Source of the DNA: Sedimentisphaerales bacterium | GTDB taxonomy: Bacteria > Planctomycetota > Phycisphaerae > Sedimentisphaerales > SM23-30 | DNA: 64,000 bases | Direction: 5' to 3' (one strand) | Assembly (NCBI GenBank): GCA_963666285.1 | Contig: OY762711.1 | Part shown: in pieces, positions 11,701-26,700 of the stretch | How the letters are laid out: every line of letters begins with the position of its first letter | Numbering within the stretch: the first letter of the stretch is position 1 | Notes under the pieces: generated by a model | What the model saw: the letters and a program-made list of their open reading frames with translations, nothing else | Told to the model about the DNA's origin: nothing | The model's database searches: none | Made by a program: the position numbers and the translations under genes

Positions 11701-14700
11701 GAATCCACCATCACCATTTGATGCGTATCTCTGGTCAACCTGTGCCGCTCCAAGAATCTGACCGTCTGAATATACTTTATAAGCAGCATCATAAGCCCTG
11801 TTATATGTCCCTGGCCATGAAGCAGATACCTGGTATACTGCCCCAGGTGTTAATCCGCTAAAGGTCCACACTGCATAGTCTTCACCGGAACCTTTAGCAC
11901 TTTCTAATGTATCGCCTCCATATCCTGACACACCTGAAATCCAATCACTACCTATAATAACAAAACCGGCATCACCATCATCAACGACTATAGGACTTCC
12001 TACAACAGTTGTACTGTAACCGGCAATATTATCAACTCCATTTACATCAATAAATTCCGGTGAATTTAAGATGCTATGGCTATCCTGACCTATATCATAG
12101 AACCAATCTGCTAGTTCATCATAGACAAAACCACCCCAGTATGCCAGGTTACCGCCATCTGTAATATTTATTATATTATAATCACTTGTAAAGTTGACCT
12201 GTGCATCAGAACCAATATCATAAGCCCTGCCGGTTCCTACGTTAATAATATTACTTGATATAACAATGTTATTACCATTATGGACTCTTATGGCATCTCC
12301 AACAGGCTGATCAATTGTATTATTGTATACCCTGCTGTAATCATAGCCGTTCTTAGCCGGAGTCACTACCCAGATAGCAACATCGCTGTTATCGTAAACT
12401 ATATTATTACTAATTAGTGAGTAATTGCTACTATAGTAATTGCCGGCATAGATACCAACCTGGTTTGAATAGACCGTATTTCCTACAGCATCGGTATAAT
12501 TGCGAACATCTATACCTGTTATATTATTATAGACAATATTGCCCTGCATCACACCGCTAGAGTTGGAATATATTCCTTTATAATTATCGTATACGATATT
12601 ATTAACCGCATCACCATAAGATTCAGCAATAATACCAATATCATTGCTTCCGTTATGACCGTAAACAATATTGTCTGTTATCAGCATCCTGTGATCGTTA
12701 TTATATCCGTACGCTCGAATACCGGCATACGAATTGGCAAATGATCTGTTACCAGATATTAACGAATCATACCCTGCGCTTACATAAATACCAGTATCCT
12801 TGTTTAGATAACTGATATTATCTTCAATATCAGACTCCCAACCAGAACTGTATATTCCATAATTATTCTGGTATGTTTCGTTTTCGAGAATTTCAGCCCA
12901 TCTGCCTTCACTCTTGATACCTTCGTAAGTATGACCATATACCGTATTATTAATAATTTCAACACGAGAGCCGCGGGTAACTATACCACGATAATTATTC
13001 AGGTACACCTCGCTGTCAGTAATCAAGGCATCATCACTGGTATTACCAAGGTAAATACCAGCCTGGTAGTTGCCATATGCCTTAACATTAGTAATAACAA
13101 TATTATCCGAATCCGAACTATCAGCTGATATAACACCATACTCGCCGCCAATAAATGTCAGATTTTCCAGGGTTACATCATCAGCAGAACTAAACTGAAT
13201 TGCATAACTGCCGGTTGTTGTATTGCCTCTGTCAAGCACGGCCTCATGACCTGCCTCGGTTGGGCCGGTGATAGTCACACCTGAATCTTCAAAAGCCAGA
13301 ACAATATTATCCTGCAGTGTATAAATGCCTGTATCAACATAAATGATATCACCCGGCTCAAGATCATATTGTGCCAGAAGAGCGCCAACTGACGCCATCG
13401 GATAATCAGGACTCTTACCTGAATTATTATTATTACCGGCGGCATTAGTATATTCATTGTCACTAAAGTCTGTATCATCAGCAATATTGACATAATATTC
13501 GTTGCCGTCATTAGCAATATGGAACTGACCATATGAGACACCCGAAATACCACTGCCCAGATTAGTTGTCACCCTGACCAGATAATTCCTGTCAGCTGGA
13601 ACATCTGAACCTATAGTCCATTTGTAATTCTGTAATGTAGTTACATCATCGGCAATAGTATAAACAACAGAATTTGTCAGAGGATCGAGCAGTTCGATAT
13701 CAACGTTATCAACAAATGGCGAAATATTATTTGATATTTCTTCTGCAGTCAAAGCTCTATCAAAAATGGCCACTTCATCCATCGAAATATTCGGATTTGT
13801 CGCATAGCTTTCACGACTGCCGTTCAAATATAATGAATAACCGGTAGAATCTACAAGGTCAGTCTGACTAATTGACTGTCTGGCAACCTCTTCACCATCT
13901 ATGTAAATTGCCATCGTCCCTATATTACGATCTATCACACAGGTTACATTATACCATTGCCCTGCTACAATACTACCTGTAGGAGAATTCAAAGTCTCAT
14001 TTCCGCTACCGTATGTGGACAAATGGAGATATCCTCCTGAATTAACCCACAATGAATATTCCCTGTTACTCGAACTGCTAATACCTTTATAAAGTAACGG
14101 ATTCCACGTTGTGGTTAACTCATCGGCTTTGAACCATAAAGAGAATGAAACCTCTCTATCAAAGGTCAAATCACCATCCGGATCTGGAATCTCGATATAC
14201 TTGCCGTTAGCATCAAACAACACAGCACCGTCCAGACCAGAACCGAAGACACCCTCAACATCATACACCGGATCATTAACATAACTGCCGTTCAGTCCGT
14301 TTCCGCTGTCATCTGTAACTGTAGAATCAGTATCGCCAAGCCTGTAATAAGCTACAGGTCCGTCATTTAAGATAGCCATTTCATAAGCAGAGTCAACGCT
14401 CTCTGTTGAGCTGTAACCAGAAGAATGCCAATTAATATCTACAACCTCACCGGTCTGATATTTCTCCATTCCACCCGGCAGCAAGACCTGCAGAATCTCA
14501 TCCGAACTTAATGCCGCCTCTGCAGTATTACCATAGGCTCCAAGGTTTATCCTGTCACCGTTTGGCTCAGGCTCATTACTATACTCAAATGTCGGCTTAC
14601 CTCGATCTATACCTTCTGAACCTGCCATCAGGTGGAAATCGTCATCACTTCCCATATCACCATATATTTCCTGCAACCTGGCAGCATCCGCTACTGTTCT

Positions 14701-17700
14701 GGTATAGTTCTCAGCATTTAACACTACTACAAAACTGTCAGTCTCTGCTACTATTGTTGCTATTGTTTGCCAGCCATCACTGGACTCTCTCTGACTGGTA
14801 ACAGCAAACGAAGCAGCATTATCGCCGTCATATACTGTTGCATATACCGTTGAGTCATTGTAACCTGAGTCATACGGCCATGTAAGCGCAACCTCATAAG
14901 TAGATCCCGGAGTCAGACCTTCAAATGTCCAGCTGGCTGTGCCGCCGCCGGTATTATACTCCAACCTCTTATATGTGCCACCATAACCGCCGTCCCTGTC
15001 TATCCACATTCCGGATAAACTGAAACCAGGATCTGTATTGTCAACAATATATGTTGCAATCACATCCCTGCTGAAGCCCTGTATATCATCTGCACCGTCA
15101 GGATCAACAAACTGGGGCATATCATCTATACTGTACTGGTCGTAACCCAGTTCATAGAACCAGCTTTCGCGGTCTGCAACTGAGTAACCGGCCCAATCTG
15201 CAACTGTCGCACTACCGGAAAGGCTCAGCATATTATAATTAGCATCAAACCCTACCTGACTGTCAGACGAGATACTGTAAACCGGAGCGTCAATAACCTG
15301 GAATATATTATTATATACTTCAACATTTTCACTATTATCCAGCTTCAATGCCGGTGCATCTATCTGGTAAACAGTATTATTATATACCTGAGGATAATAC
15401 TGACCGTTTACATTAGAATCTCGCAAATGAATTCCGGCATAACTGTTATTATATACTACATTATGGTCTATTCTTCCATAAAATACGCTATAATAATCAT
15501 CAGCATAGATTCCGGTAGCATTGTTATATACAGTATTGAATGAAGCGTGCGAATAATTATTAACATATATACCAACCCTGTTTTCATACACATAGTTATT
15601 CTCTACAAAGCTGGTATTACGAGCATAAACACCAAAATCATTTCCATACAAAATATTATTACTGGCTATCGCATACTCAGCCAGGTTTATCCCTGAATCA
15701 TTACTTCCGGAATGATCATACACAATATTACTATCGACAACAACCAAAGGCTGACCATTTTGACCGTCAGCATATATACCACTTGTGGCATTAGCGTACA
15801 CCCTGTTTTCACTTACGGTTGAGCCATAAGCGTTAACTATATATATACCATAAGAATTATTATTATACGACCTGTTGCCTGTAACCTCGCTATAAGGACC
15901 GGTTACATATATACCATAATTATTACTATATGTACTGTTACCCGATATCTCATTACCGGATCCGCTGCTGTATATACCATAAGAACCACTGCTCGTGATT
16001 TTATTGCCGCTTACAACAGAATCACCAACTTCGATTCGTACACCATAATACTGACCGTACATTGTATTATCAGTAATGGATATATTATCATTGCCAGTTC
16101 CGACAAATATTCCATACTGATAATTATTTGCTATTTCACTGTTACTGATTGTAACATCGTCACTATCAGATGATGCTGAAAGGTTGATACCGGTATATGC
16201 TCCAACAATCTTCAAATGGTCAATTGTAACACCATCAGCATTGTCAAGTTCGATAGCGTAATTGCCGCTGCCGGTATTTCCACGGTTTATAACTGCATCA
16301 ACACCAATATTCGTTGGTCCTTGCAGCATTATACCGGCATCATCAGCAGTGATAACAATACTTGTTGTAATATTATATTCACCTGTATCTATCAGGATAG
16401 TGTCACCTGACTCAAGATCATATGCAGCTAAAATAGCAGCTATAGAAGCTTTTGGCTGATCCGGTCTCAGACCACTGTTTGCATCGTCACCAATCGCTGT
16501 TGTATACTGGTCACCTGATGTGCTGCCGTCATTTACATAATAGTATCTAATTGGCTCGCTTATCTCAAATTCGTCATTACTGTCATCAGTCAAAACCGGC
16601 TCATCTGACCTGGTTACCACAATCTTATAGTCATCTCCTGCAGGTATAACAGGTGATATATCATCCCATGGTATCTGCCAGGTATAAAAACCGTCATTCA
16701 ATACATTGGTATCAATTACATATTCGAATCCGGGGTCACTCGTCCTGACCAGGGTGATATCAACATATGTCGGATTATCATAACTGCTCAGATAATGTTC
16801 CATAACCTGGCTGCCGGTCAATGCAGTATCGTAAATAGCAACTTCATCTATTGAACCGTACCAGCTGTAGCTGCTGCTGCCTGTCCCCTGACCTATCAAC
16901 AGCTGAGTTGTTGAATGACTAATCGGTTCGGAATAGCTAAGAGTATCTACCTGTTCGCCGTTTACATACAATACCAGTTCGCTGCCGTCATATGTAGCTG
17001 CTACGTGACTCCATTCATCAAGCTCAATCGCGGATTCAACCTGTGCCACGGTATAATTATTTACATAAAACTTAATCATACCGTCATAATAATACAATCC
17101 ATATCCATCATTCCAATTGCTGTTACTGGCCTTGCTTAATACAGAATCCCAGTTGGCAATACCGCTGGATGGATTAATCCACGCTTCTACTGATATTACT
17201 TCAGGTTTAAGTACTGCGTTATCTGCGATATTAATATAATCCCCGCTGCTGTCCATATAATACGCGGTATTGGCGCCAAACCATCCAGCCGTCTGCTGAG
17301 TTCCATAATGATATGTACCGTTCAGTCCGCTTACAGAGTAATCTATCGCAGTACTATCGGCATCATTCAGCTTCCAATACCCAACAGGTCCATCAGCCAG
17401 CACAGCATCTGAGTAATCATCTGCTTCGCCGGCACTTGCATTTGCCAGAATTGCATCTGAACGCCATTTTATCTCGAACACCTGTTCGCCCGGCCAGATC
17501 TCTCCACCATCAGGACTGATCACCAGTACGTATTCTAGCTCACTCAAGGATGCCTGTTCTGTATTTCCGTAGGCACCGATATTGATAAAGCCGCCATTTG
17601 GCAATGGTTCATTTGTGTTTGCATATTCATCATCACCGCGATCAATCGCAGGAGAATGAAGCGTGTCAGGTACTGCACTTACTGTCATAGCAGATACCGG

Positions 17701-20700
17701 GATAACTCCGCCTGCATCCAGAACCGCTGCCAATGATCCGCCATGGAAACTACCCGCAATACTCTGTACATGGAAATCATCGTCCAGGCCGCCGTCCGCC
17801 CCATCGTAACCAAGTATACCATCAGCTCCGTCAGGATCAACAAATAATGGATCCTGCTCCAGGCTGTTTGCGTCTTTGCTGGTTGCTACTCGCCATTGCA
17901 ATACTGATTTCTGGTCAACTTCCTGCCATCTGCCGACATAGCCGTTTGTGCCTACCTGGAATATATTATAGTCACTGACAAAACCTACCTGGCTGTCACT
18001 TGCCACTTCTATTCCATAACCATTATCTACCCAGATAATATTATTCGATATCTGAATATCCTCAGAACCACCGCGAACACGGATAGCATTACCAGTTGGC
18101 TGGTAAATAGTATTATTAACAACTTGAGTACGTTCTGAGCTGTTCATATCGGAATTCCAGATATCTATCGCGCGCGATGCGTTAGCGTAAATAACATTAT
18201 TTGATATAACACCCCTGTAAGTTGAATAATAATCGGTAGCTGATATTCCAGTACTATTAGAATATATTACATTTTTTTGAACATCTGTCTGATTAACTGC
18301 CAATATACCGTTACCGACATTGTCATATATACGGTTACCAATCAGATCGGCATCTCGACCTCGTATACCATTGTCATTGCCGTGAACAACGTTATAAATT
18401 GCCTGACCTTTATAATCAAGGTATATACCGTAAGAACCATAGTTATCATACACATGGTTACCGGCCACTACAACATTTTCATAAGTGTATATACCATACT
18501 CGGTATTATCATGGACAACGTTACCTTTTCCATCATCAACAGTTTCACCACTGCCAAAACCTACATATGTTGTAGCATTGGAACTGCTGTTCCTTGCATA
18601 AATACCATAACGGTTGCCGTAAACCTCATTATTCTGGACAACTATACCCTTAGCCTGTTCCAGCCTGATACCTGCCTCGGTATTATTATAGGCAATACTG
18701 TTAATCAAACCAACAAAAGTGCCCGCCAGGTAAATACCGTCAAGCCCGTTATCATACGCAACCAGGCCGTCAAAAGTAGATATAACCGAATCTGATTCAA
18801 TTCTGAAACCTTCATATGCATGACCATATGATACGACATGGTCGGCATTAAAGTTTTCACTGCTGTTTCTTACATAAACACCTCTCTGATCACCATATAA
18901 TGTCAAATTAGAAATACTTATAAAGTCAGCATTGTACAGGTCAAATATCGCACCGCTCTGATCACCTGGTATTGCCGGATGCATACTTGCTACTTGCGTT
19001 GCATCTGCAGGACCTGTCACCTCAAAACCTTCATCCAGACCATAGTCAAGATCAAGCGCTCCGGAAATTGTCAGACGATTTATCATCGGGTAATCACCGG
19101 TGTCAACATAGATTATGTCCTGGCCGCTGCGCAGATCGTAATTATACAGTATATTTGATACATTCGGCTTCGGTGCGCCTGCTATCTTACCTGTATTACG
19201 ATTTGACCCAACTGCTGTCGGTGTAAAATCATCATTAGTATTATCCAGATCGTCTACATAATAATCTGTTCCGTCTTCCGGTATTGCAAATGACTCTGCC
19301 GCACGGTCCATTACAGCTTCGGCACCAACAAGTGAAACCTGTATTCTTAATCCATATACACCGTAATCAAGGTCATCACTTCCCTGTAGCGACGGAATCC
19401 AGGTATAACTGCCGGTATCCGGCACAGAATCTGCTATTGTCAACAGATATTCCGGACCATCTGGCGAATCGACATATAGATCTATCTTAACCGGTAAATC
19501 ATCTGTATTTCCATATGTTTCCCACTTGATCTCATGAGATTTCTCATATTCCCAGTCAGTATATAGATCTGGCCATCTAAGGTTAATTCTCGCCTCGGCT
19601 GTATTCACATCCAGGTAATTATTGCCATGCGCTCCAATATCTGGGGCATTATTCTCAGAAACAACATAAACAAACGTATGATCTACATAGCTATCGTTTG
19701 TAGAACCGGAATTTCTGTCGGCCTCAAACCGGAAGGTAATAAACCTGGTTCCTACCGGAATATTTACTGATGAACTTACCAATTCCCACAAGGTCGAATA
19801 ATCTTCAGCCTCCAGCAAAACAGAATGAATACCTAAATTACTGCTGTCTTTGAATACCAGGTGAATTCTGCCATGGTCTTCCGGCCATTCTGAACCGCAG
19901 CGGATTCTTCCGCCAAATACTACTCTCAAATCACCGGAATCAAGCTCAGCCTCAGTATAACCTGCCAGCAGCAGATCAATATCCTGCTCAATATAGCCTT
20001 CCTGTTCCGTTCCGGCATAGAAATATGATGATCCTTCATGCGGCACCGGGCTGCTTGACTTGGTGCTTGCCCCTACGCTGGTATCCCAGTCATTCAAACC
20101 ATCTTCCAGACCAGGGTTTAGCAATAGATTTGGATATAAATCACCTAAAATCTGGTACGAACCAGGATCGCCGGCATCAATCGTCGGACTGGTCATTCTC
20201 AGCTTTCCTGCTACTGATACAATATTGAAATTATCAGCATCAATATCTGCAAACTGTGGATTTGACCATCCAGGATTAATTATTGTTGTTCCTACTGAAT
20301 GCAGGTCATAACGGGTTATATCCTGCTGCCAGTCAAGAATATCGTAGAAATCTTTTGTCCAGTAACCAATCTTACCTGTACCTGTTATATGCATCAGGTT
20401 ATAATCACTAAAGTATCCGCTCTGGCTGTTATTGTTAACATAAATATCATATCCGCTTTCAGCCCAGAGAATATTATTCCTGATCTCTACTTCACTGGCA
20501 CTATTTGTGAGATGAATATTATCTCCAATCGGGGCATATAATGTGTTGTTAACTATACGAACATCATTTGCACCCGATACCAGGATACCATAATCATTAT
20601 TGCGGTATATCTCGTTATAGAATATCTCCTGGTCGTTACTGGCTGATATACCTGTATCGTTTCTTGCTATCCTGTTATACTGTATCAAACCACTAAAACT

Positions 20701-23700
20701 GCCTATACCGGTTCCATTACCTTCAATCAGGTTAGCATGGTCAAAATCACTGCCGCCTACCTGGCCGCTGCCGCTTATTCCAGTGCCATTTTCAAATATA
20801 TGCTGGTCCTGCACCCACGCATTTACAAGATTAACACCAACCGTATTACCGTAAATTTCATTTGCTATACTGCCGACAACAAAGCCTAAACCGTTCACAT
20901 CTCCGCTTACTGTTGATCTTATACCAATGCTATTGTCATAAATATAGTTTTCATTAACAAGTGCACTAGCACCGTATTCGATACCAACTGCTGCACCGTG
21001 AATACTGTTATGTTCGATCATACCGGCATAAGCATCGTTAATTTCGATACCGGTCAATGATGACAGAATATCATTATCACTTATCAAGCCGTCTGATTCG
21101 CCGCTCAATACCACACCGGCAGTACCTGCCATTACGTTATACTGTACAACAACATCACTTCCTGCACCTATATTCAATGCTGTACCGGTATCATCCGAAC
21201 CATCATCTATAATAAGAGTATTATGCATTATTTGTGACGACAGACTGCCGTTCAATGACACATTTCCATCTACCACTGAATCTATAAGGCCGAATCCTGA
21301 AACAGCACTTACTGAAACATTACCGATTATTGACAATCTCTGAAGAATAACATCATCAGCATTTACGAATATATCACCTTCGATTGCAATATCCATTCCG
21401 CACCAGATCAATACCCCTGCATCTTCGGCTGCTACTGTAAATCCGTCGTTACTGCCGGAAACTACAATCACATCACCTGGATCCAGATCATTTCCATCCA
21501 GAATTCCCTGGACAGTGGTAGTTGTTCCGTCTGCGTAGAATATTCCATGTCCGGCAAGTTCACTTACTTCAAATAGATTGCCCCGTACATAAACTTCCGG
21601 CTCGCCAGAAGAACTGTCCTGCCAAGCGACAAAAGGTCTGCCGCTGCTGTCAACGCTCAAACTCAGGCTCTCAACCTCTCCACCGGTTATGCTTATGCCT
21701 GCACCACTGGCATCACCTGGCAATTCCTCGACAAAATCGGTTCCATCCCATACTTTCGCATACAATGCCGCTCCGTCACTGCCGGCCGGACCAAATGTAT
21801 CCTCCCATACCAGGTACAATTTCCCGCCACCGGAAGCCAGTCGCGGTTCTGATGCAAAACCGTAGGAGTCTGATATTCCACCTGCCGCCAAACCGTCAGC
21901 ACCTGCTGAAACAAAACTGCCTGCCACACTGTCATAGCGTACAGCATATATATTAGATATAGTATCGCCCGCCATACTGCTTGCACCTTCCCAGGCAACA
22001 AACAGTTCACTACCAAAATATGCTATCGCAGGCCGTGCCCAACTGTAATCTTCACTATTCAAGCCGTCTCCAGTTGCTGAACCATCAAGTTCAACAAACG
22101 AGCCGCTATCCAGTACTTTCAAATAAATATGATCGTACCCATTTACTGTCTCCGTCCAGCTTACAGCAATATCTGTTCCATCAACAGCAACCGCAAAATC
22201 AGTAACATTACTGGCTGAAACACTTATGCCGCCACTGACGGCACTGCCTGATGCCAGTTCCTGCCAGTTTGCACCGTCAAAATATCTGGCATACAACTGG
22301 CTCGTTCCACTGCTTACATCCAGCCATACAACCACTGGGCCAAGGTCAGAATTCACTATTATTGCATCATCAGCATTACCGCTTGAACTCATACCTCCAA
22401 TTGACATTGAGCTGCCCATCGCAACCCAGCCGCCTGTTCCGCCATTAGCTGAAGGGTCATATTTCGCAGCATAGATATCGCTGACTATACCATTCGATTC
22501 TGTCCACGCTACTATCGGGTTGCCGGAACTGTCCAGCGTAATAACCGGCGCTGTCGAACTTCCGCTGGTGTTGCTTATACCGCCTTGCTCTGCACTTCCG
22601 CCTAGCTGCGACCAGCCAGTACCGTCATGGACGGCAACATAGATTTCGAAATTACCGTTTCTGCTGTCCGCCCAGGCTGTATACTGCTCGCCGCCGCTGC
22701 CGGCAACGATAGAAGGCTCTATCGAGCTGGAATTAATGCCGCTCAAACCAACACCTGTCGCAGATCCGGCAAACTCTGCCCAGCGGCCATACTGATCATA
22801 GCCTTCCGGCAAATCAACTGTCGCATATTCATTTGTCAAATCTGCTACTGTTAATGTAGGTGCTGCTGTTGCCGATGGAGCTGTAAATGAAGAATCATCA
22901 CCTGCATCACCATAATCCACCAGGTCAGAACTGCCTGCCCCGGCATCAATATAGTCATCCTCACCCTCACCATACAGCAAATCATTTCCGCCGCCGCCGT
23001 ATAGCATATCCTGCCCAGACCCGGCTTCCATCCCATCTGTACCATAATCACCAAACAAATAATCAACTGCATTATCATCAACTGTCACATAATACAGATT
23101 ACTGTCACCATACAGAATATCATGATCCCCGGCACCTACCAGCACATCACTACCGGAATTACCTTCAATTATATCATCTCCGTCACCACCTTCGATGATA
23201 TCATCACCATCACCACCGGCAATTATATCGTTACCTGCCATACCAAATATACGGTCATTTCCATCATCGCCAAGTATTATATCTGCTCCATCATCAGATC
23301 CGTACAATGTGTCATCGCCAACACCTCCATCAAGCATGTCACCTGTGCCATAACCGGCATATAATACATCCATACCGGCCTGGCCGTAGATTTCATCTAC
23401 ACCGAAACCGCCGTCAATCCAGTCATGGCCGAGATTTCCATAAATCTCATCATCACCAAGGCCGCCGTAGATAGTATCTGAACCGATACCCGCATATATT
23501 ACATCATCTCCCCAGTCACCAAATATAGTATCATCAGCACCATCATCTGTTGCTGAAGCAGCATCAAAGCCCCAGATGGTGTCATTACCTTTACCACCGT
23601 AAATAATATCTGCTCCACCCTGACCGGAGATCATATCATCTCCATCGCCACCACTGATATAATCATCACCGGCTCCGCCAAGGATTGTCTCATTTTCACT

Positions 23701-26700
23701 TGAACCGTAGATAGTATCATCGCCGGCTCCGCCATCAATAGTCAGTGTTGCTGTGGTTTTCCATACATTAAGAACTTCTATTCGGTCATCACCATCACCG
23801 GCCATTACTTCAACACTGCTGCCAATAGTATCTATAGGACTGTTTGAATCAATCAATATGTGATCTTCAAGCGAAGAGCCAAGTATATATACATTCGCTC
23901 CGCTCAAGCCACCAAGAATGGTAATATCTGTACCAAAACCGTCCGCATTACCGTTGCCGCTGCGTAATGTTAAGTCATTTGCCGCACTTACCAGCGAATG
24001 CAGCCCGGTCTTAACATCATCGCCGGCATTTAACTGTACCGAACCGGCCAAAGAATCAATCGATATATAATCTGCAACTATCAGATCATCACCGGTATTC
24101 ATGCTTTCTGACGCTGTTAACACAATATCATTTCTGGCTTCAATATCTTCTGCCACATATATCGGACTGCCATTGATAAAGCTTATCAGTCCACCGGCGA
24201 GCATTCCATAACTGCTGTCGATTACTCCGCCAATAACAACCGCACCTGTATTAGTCATCCAGGTACTGCCGTTTACTGACTTGCTCTCAATGTTACCAAC
24301 AACCAACTCTATAGCATTAGTCGCCTGACCAATATCAGTTCCGGCATGAAGATATGCCAGACCTGCTGAAACATTAATGTCACTTCCATTGCCATCTAAC
24401 AAGCTGTCTGCTAATGCATAGATATACGCTGTGGCATCATATCCGGCAGTCACTATATTAAGAGTAAGATCGCCAACCGGCTCTGATACATTTGTGTCTA
24501 ACGCACTTGTTGCTGTCAAAACACCCGGACCACTATGTGCAGAATCAATATCAATATTATCATTCAACACACCAATAGAACCGTTAATCGCTGTCATAGT
24601 GATATTATCACCAATTACATCAACAGACGGACTACCACTAACACCCTCATATGCATCCAGAATCGAGCCATCGGCGATTAAAGTGACATCACCCATTGCA
24701 GACGAGATAACTCCGACAACCATATCACCTTCAACTTCATTCAGGTATATGCTTTCCTGAGCATCGACATCAACCGGACCACTATACTTGGCGTTTAGGT
24801 CCAGGAAGTTCAACGCGGTACCAACACCGCCGCCGGCTGTTATTGTTATGCTGCCTGTCAGAGGATCCGGCGAATCAAATGTATTAATATTTACTACCGG
24901 TACACTGACATCATCAAAGAAATCAATTATATCACCCTGTGCTATCAATTCAACTGAGGTACCGGATGTTATCCGGCCAACTATCATATCTCCTTCATCT
25001 ACATCCAGTTTTACTGAGCCGCCCGCGGTAACAGTCGATACTGTCAAATCATTAACAACATAAGGTACACCACGAATTACGGCATCCTCGGCAATCTGCC
25101 TGATATTCATATTGCCGGTTGTTGTTGCGTTCAAAATGCCGCCAACTGCCATCTGGATACGTAATTCATCTCCGGCCGCTCCGCCGCTGTCACCCTTAAT
25201 CTCTGTCAGCGAACTGATATACAGATTTCCGCCCAGCGTTATCGAGGCATCAGAATCCTGGTATGTGTCAATTATTGAATCTGCTGCTGACAGCCTGATA
25301 TCATTACTTGCTATCACCTGGTTAAGATTTAGCTGCGACATACCTTCAACAGCAATATTATTACCGGCATCAAGTGTTACTGAACCACCGGCATCTATTT
25401 CCAGGTCATCCCAAACTCTTAGTGTCAGGTAATCAACAATAAATTTGTTCTCAACTACTGTACCATTTGCAATGTCAACCGTACCATCTTCGGTATTGTA
25501 ATCAGAACTGATCTTCTCCCACCTGGCAGCATTACTGAAGTCCTGCTGGGTCAGATCTATGCCGCCCGATACACCGTGATAACGATACAATCCGTATTCT
25601 TCTTTGCTGTACTGCACGAGCACTGTCTGCCCAGTTGCTATTTCTATGCCCTGGCTTGTACTGCGGTCAAATCCGGTAATGTAATTCGTACTTAGCTTTT
25701 GCCATTCACTTCCGGAATAATCCTCTGCTTCCAGGTCCACTCCTGTTGCACCACTGCCGGTATATTGATAGAACTCATAAGTGAAACCGATTATATCCTC
25801 AATCGACGCACTTGCCAGGCCTACTACCTGCTCCAGCGTCATCAGATCATAGCCCCTCGACATATTCAACAGCATTGTCGGTGATACTCGACCAATATCA
25901 CTATCGTTACCACCCGCATTTACATATACTGTTCCACCGGAAATGTTAGCCTTTTCTGCTTCAGGGGCATCTGGAATATTACCCAGCATCTCGGCATGAG
26001 GATATAAATACTGCATCATACCAGCAGATAATGGATAATCCTGCTTGTCTGCGGCAATACTCACACCATCAGCAATATTTGTGAAAATATAAATATCACT
26101 GCCAAGGTATTGCGATGGGGTAAAGTTTTCATAATATGCATCATAAACTGACCCATTAGCAGTAGTAAGATATACATTGCCATTGGTCGAAACCACTGAA
26201 CCTTCATTAACACTAAGATTCTGGGGTTCTATAAGTTTCATATCACCATAGGTCTCATGCAGGAATATACTGTTCTTGGCATATGCCGCCAAACCACCTT
26301 CATCACCGGTATAACTATCACTATTTACTTGTATGTATGATAGATGGCTACCAATAGAACCACTACTTGCAGATAGCTCTACTCTAACACCGTCTACACG
26401 TGAAAGTGAATCTGTATCCGCTGTTATACCATTTGGTGCTGTTATAGTAACATCACCTGTACTGGATATTATTTCGCCAAGCTTTAATTTACTACTTATA
26501 TTATCATGCGATACAGCCGCAACTTCTATATCAGCCCCGGCATATATATTTAAGGTACCCTTATCACCCTCAACATTAACCTTAACCTCTCCGTCAGCAT
26601 AAATTGTCGGACTGACACCAAAAATCGCTACCGAATTACTTGCAGTTACATCACCATAGATTGATTCAAGTGAAATAGAACCATTTTCAGGAGAACTTAT

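Noticed and set aside
22890..23800. Calling the giant protein an RTX toxin or leukotoxin
   Set aside because: RTX and LktA-like repeats are structural. No pore-forming, protease or other toxin domain was recognised, and no acyltransferase or T1SS gene is adjacent.
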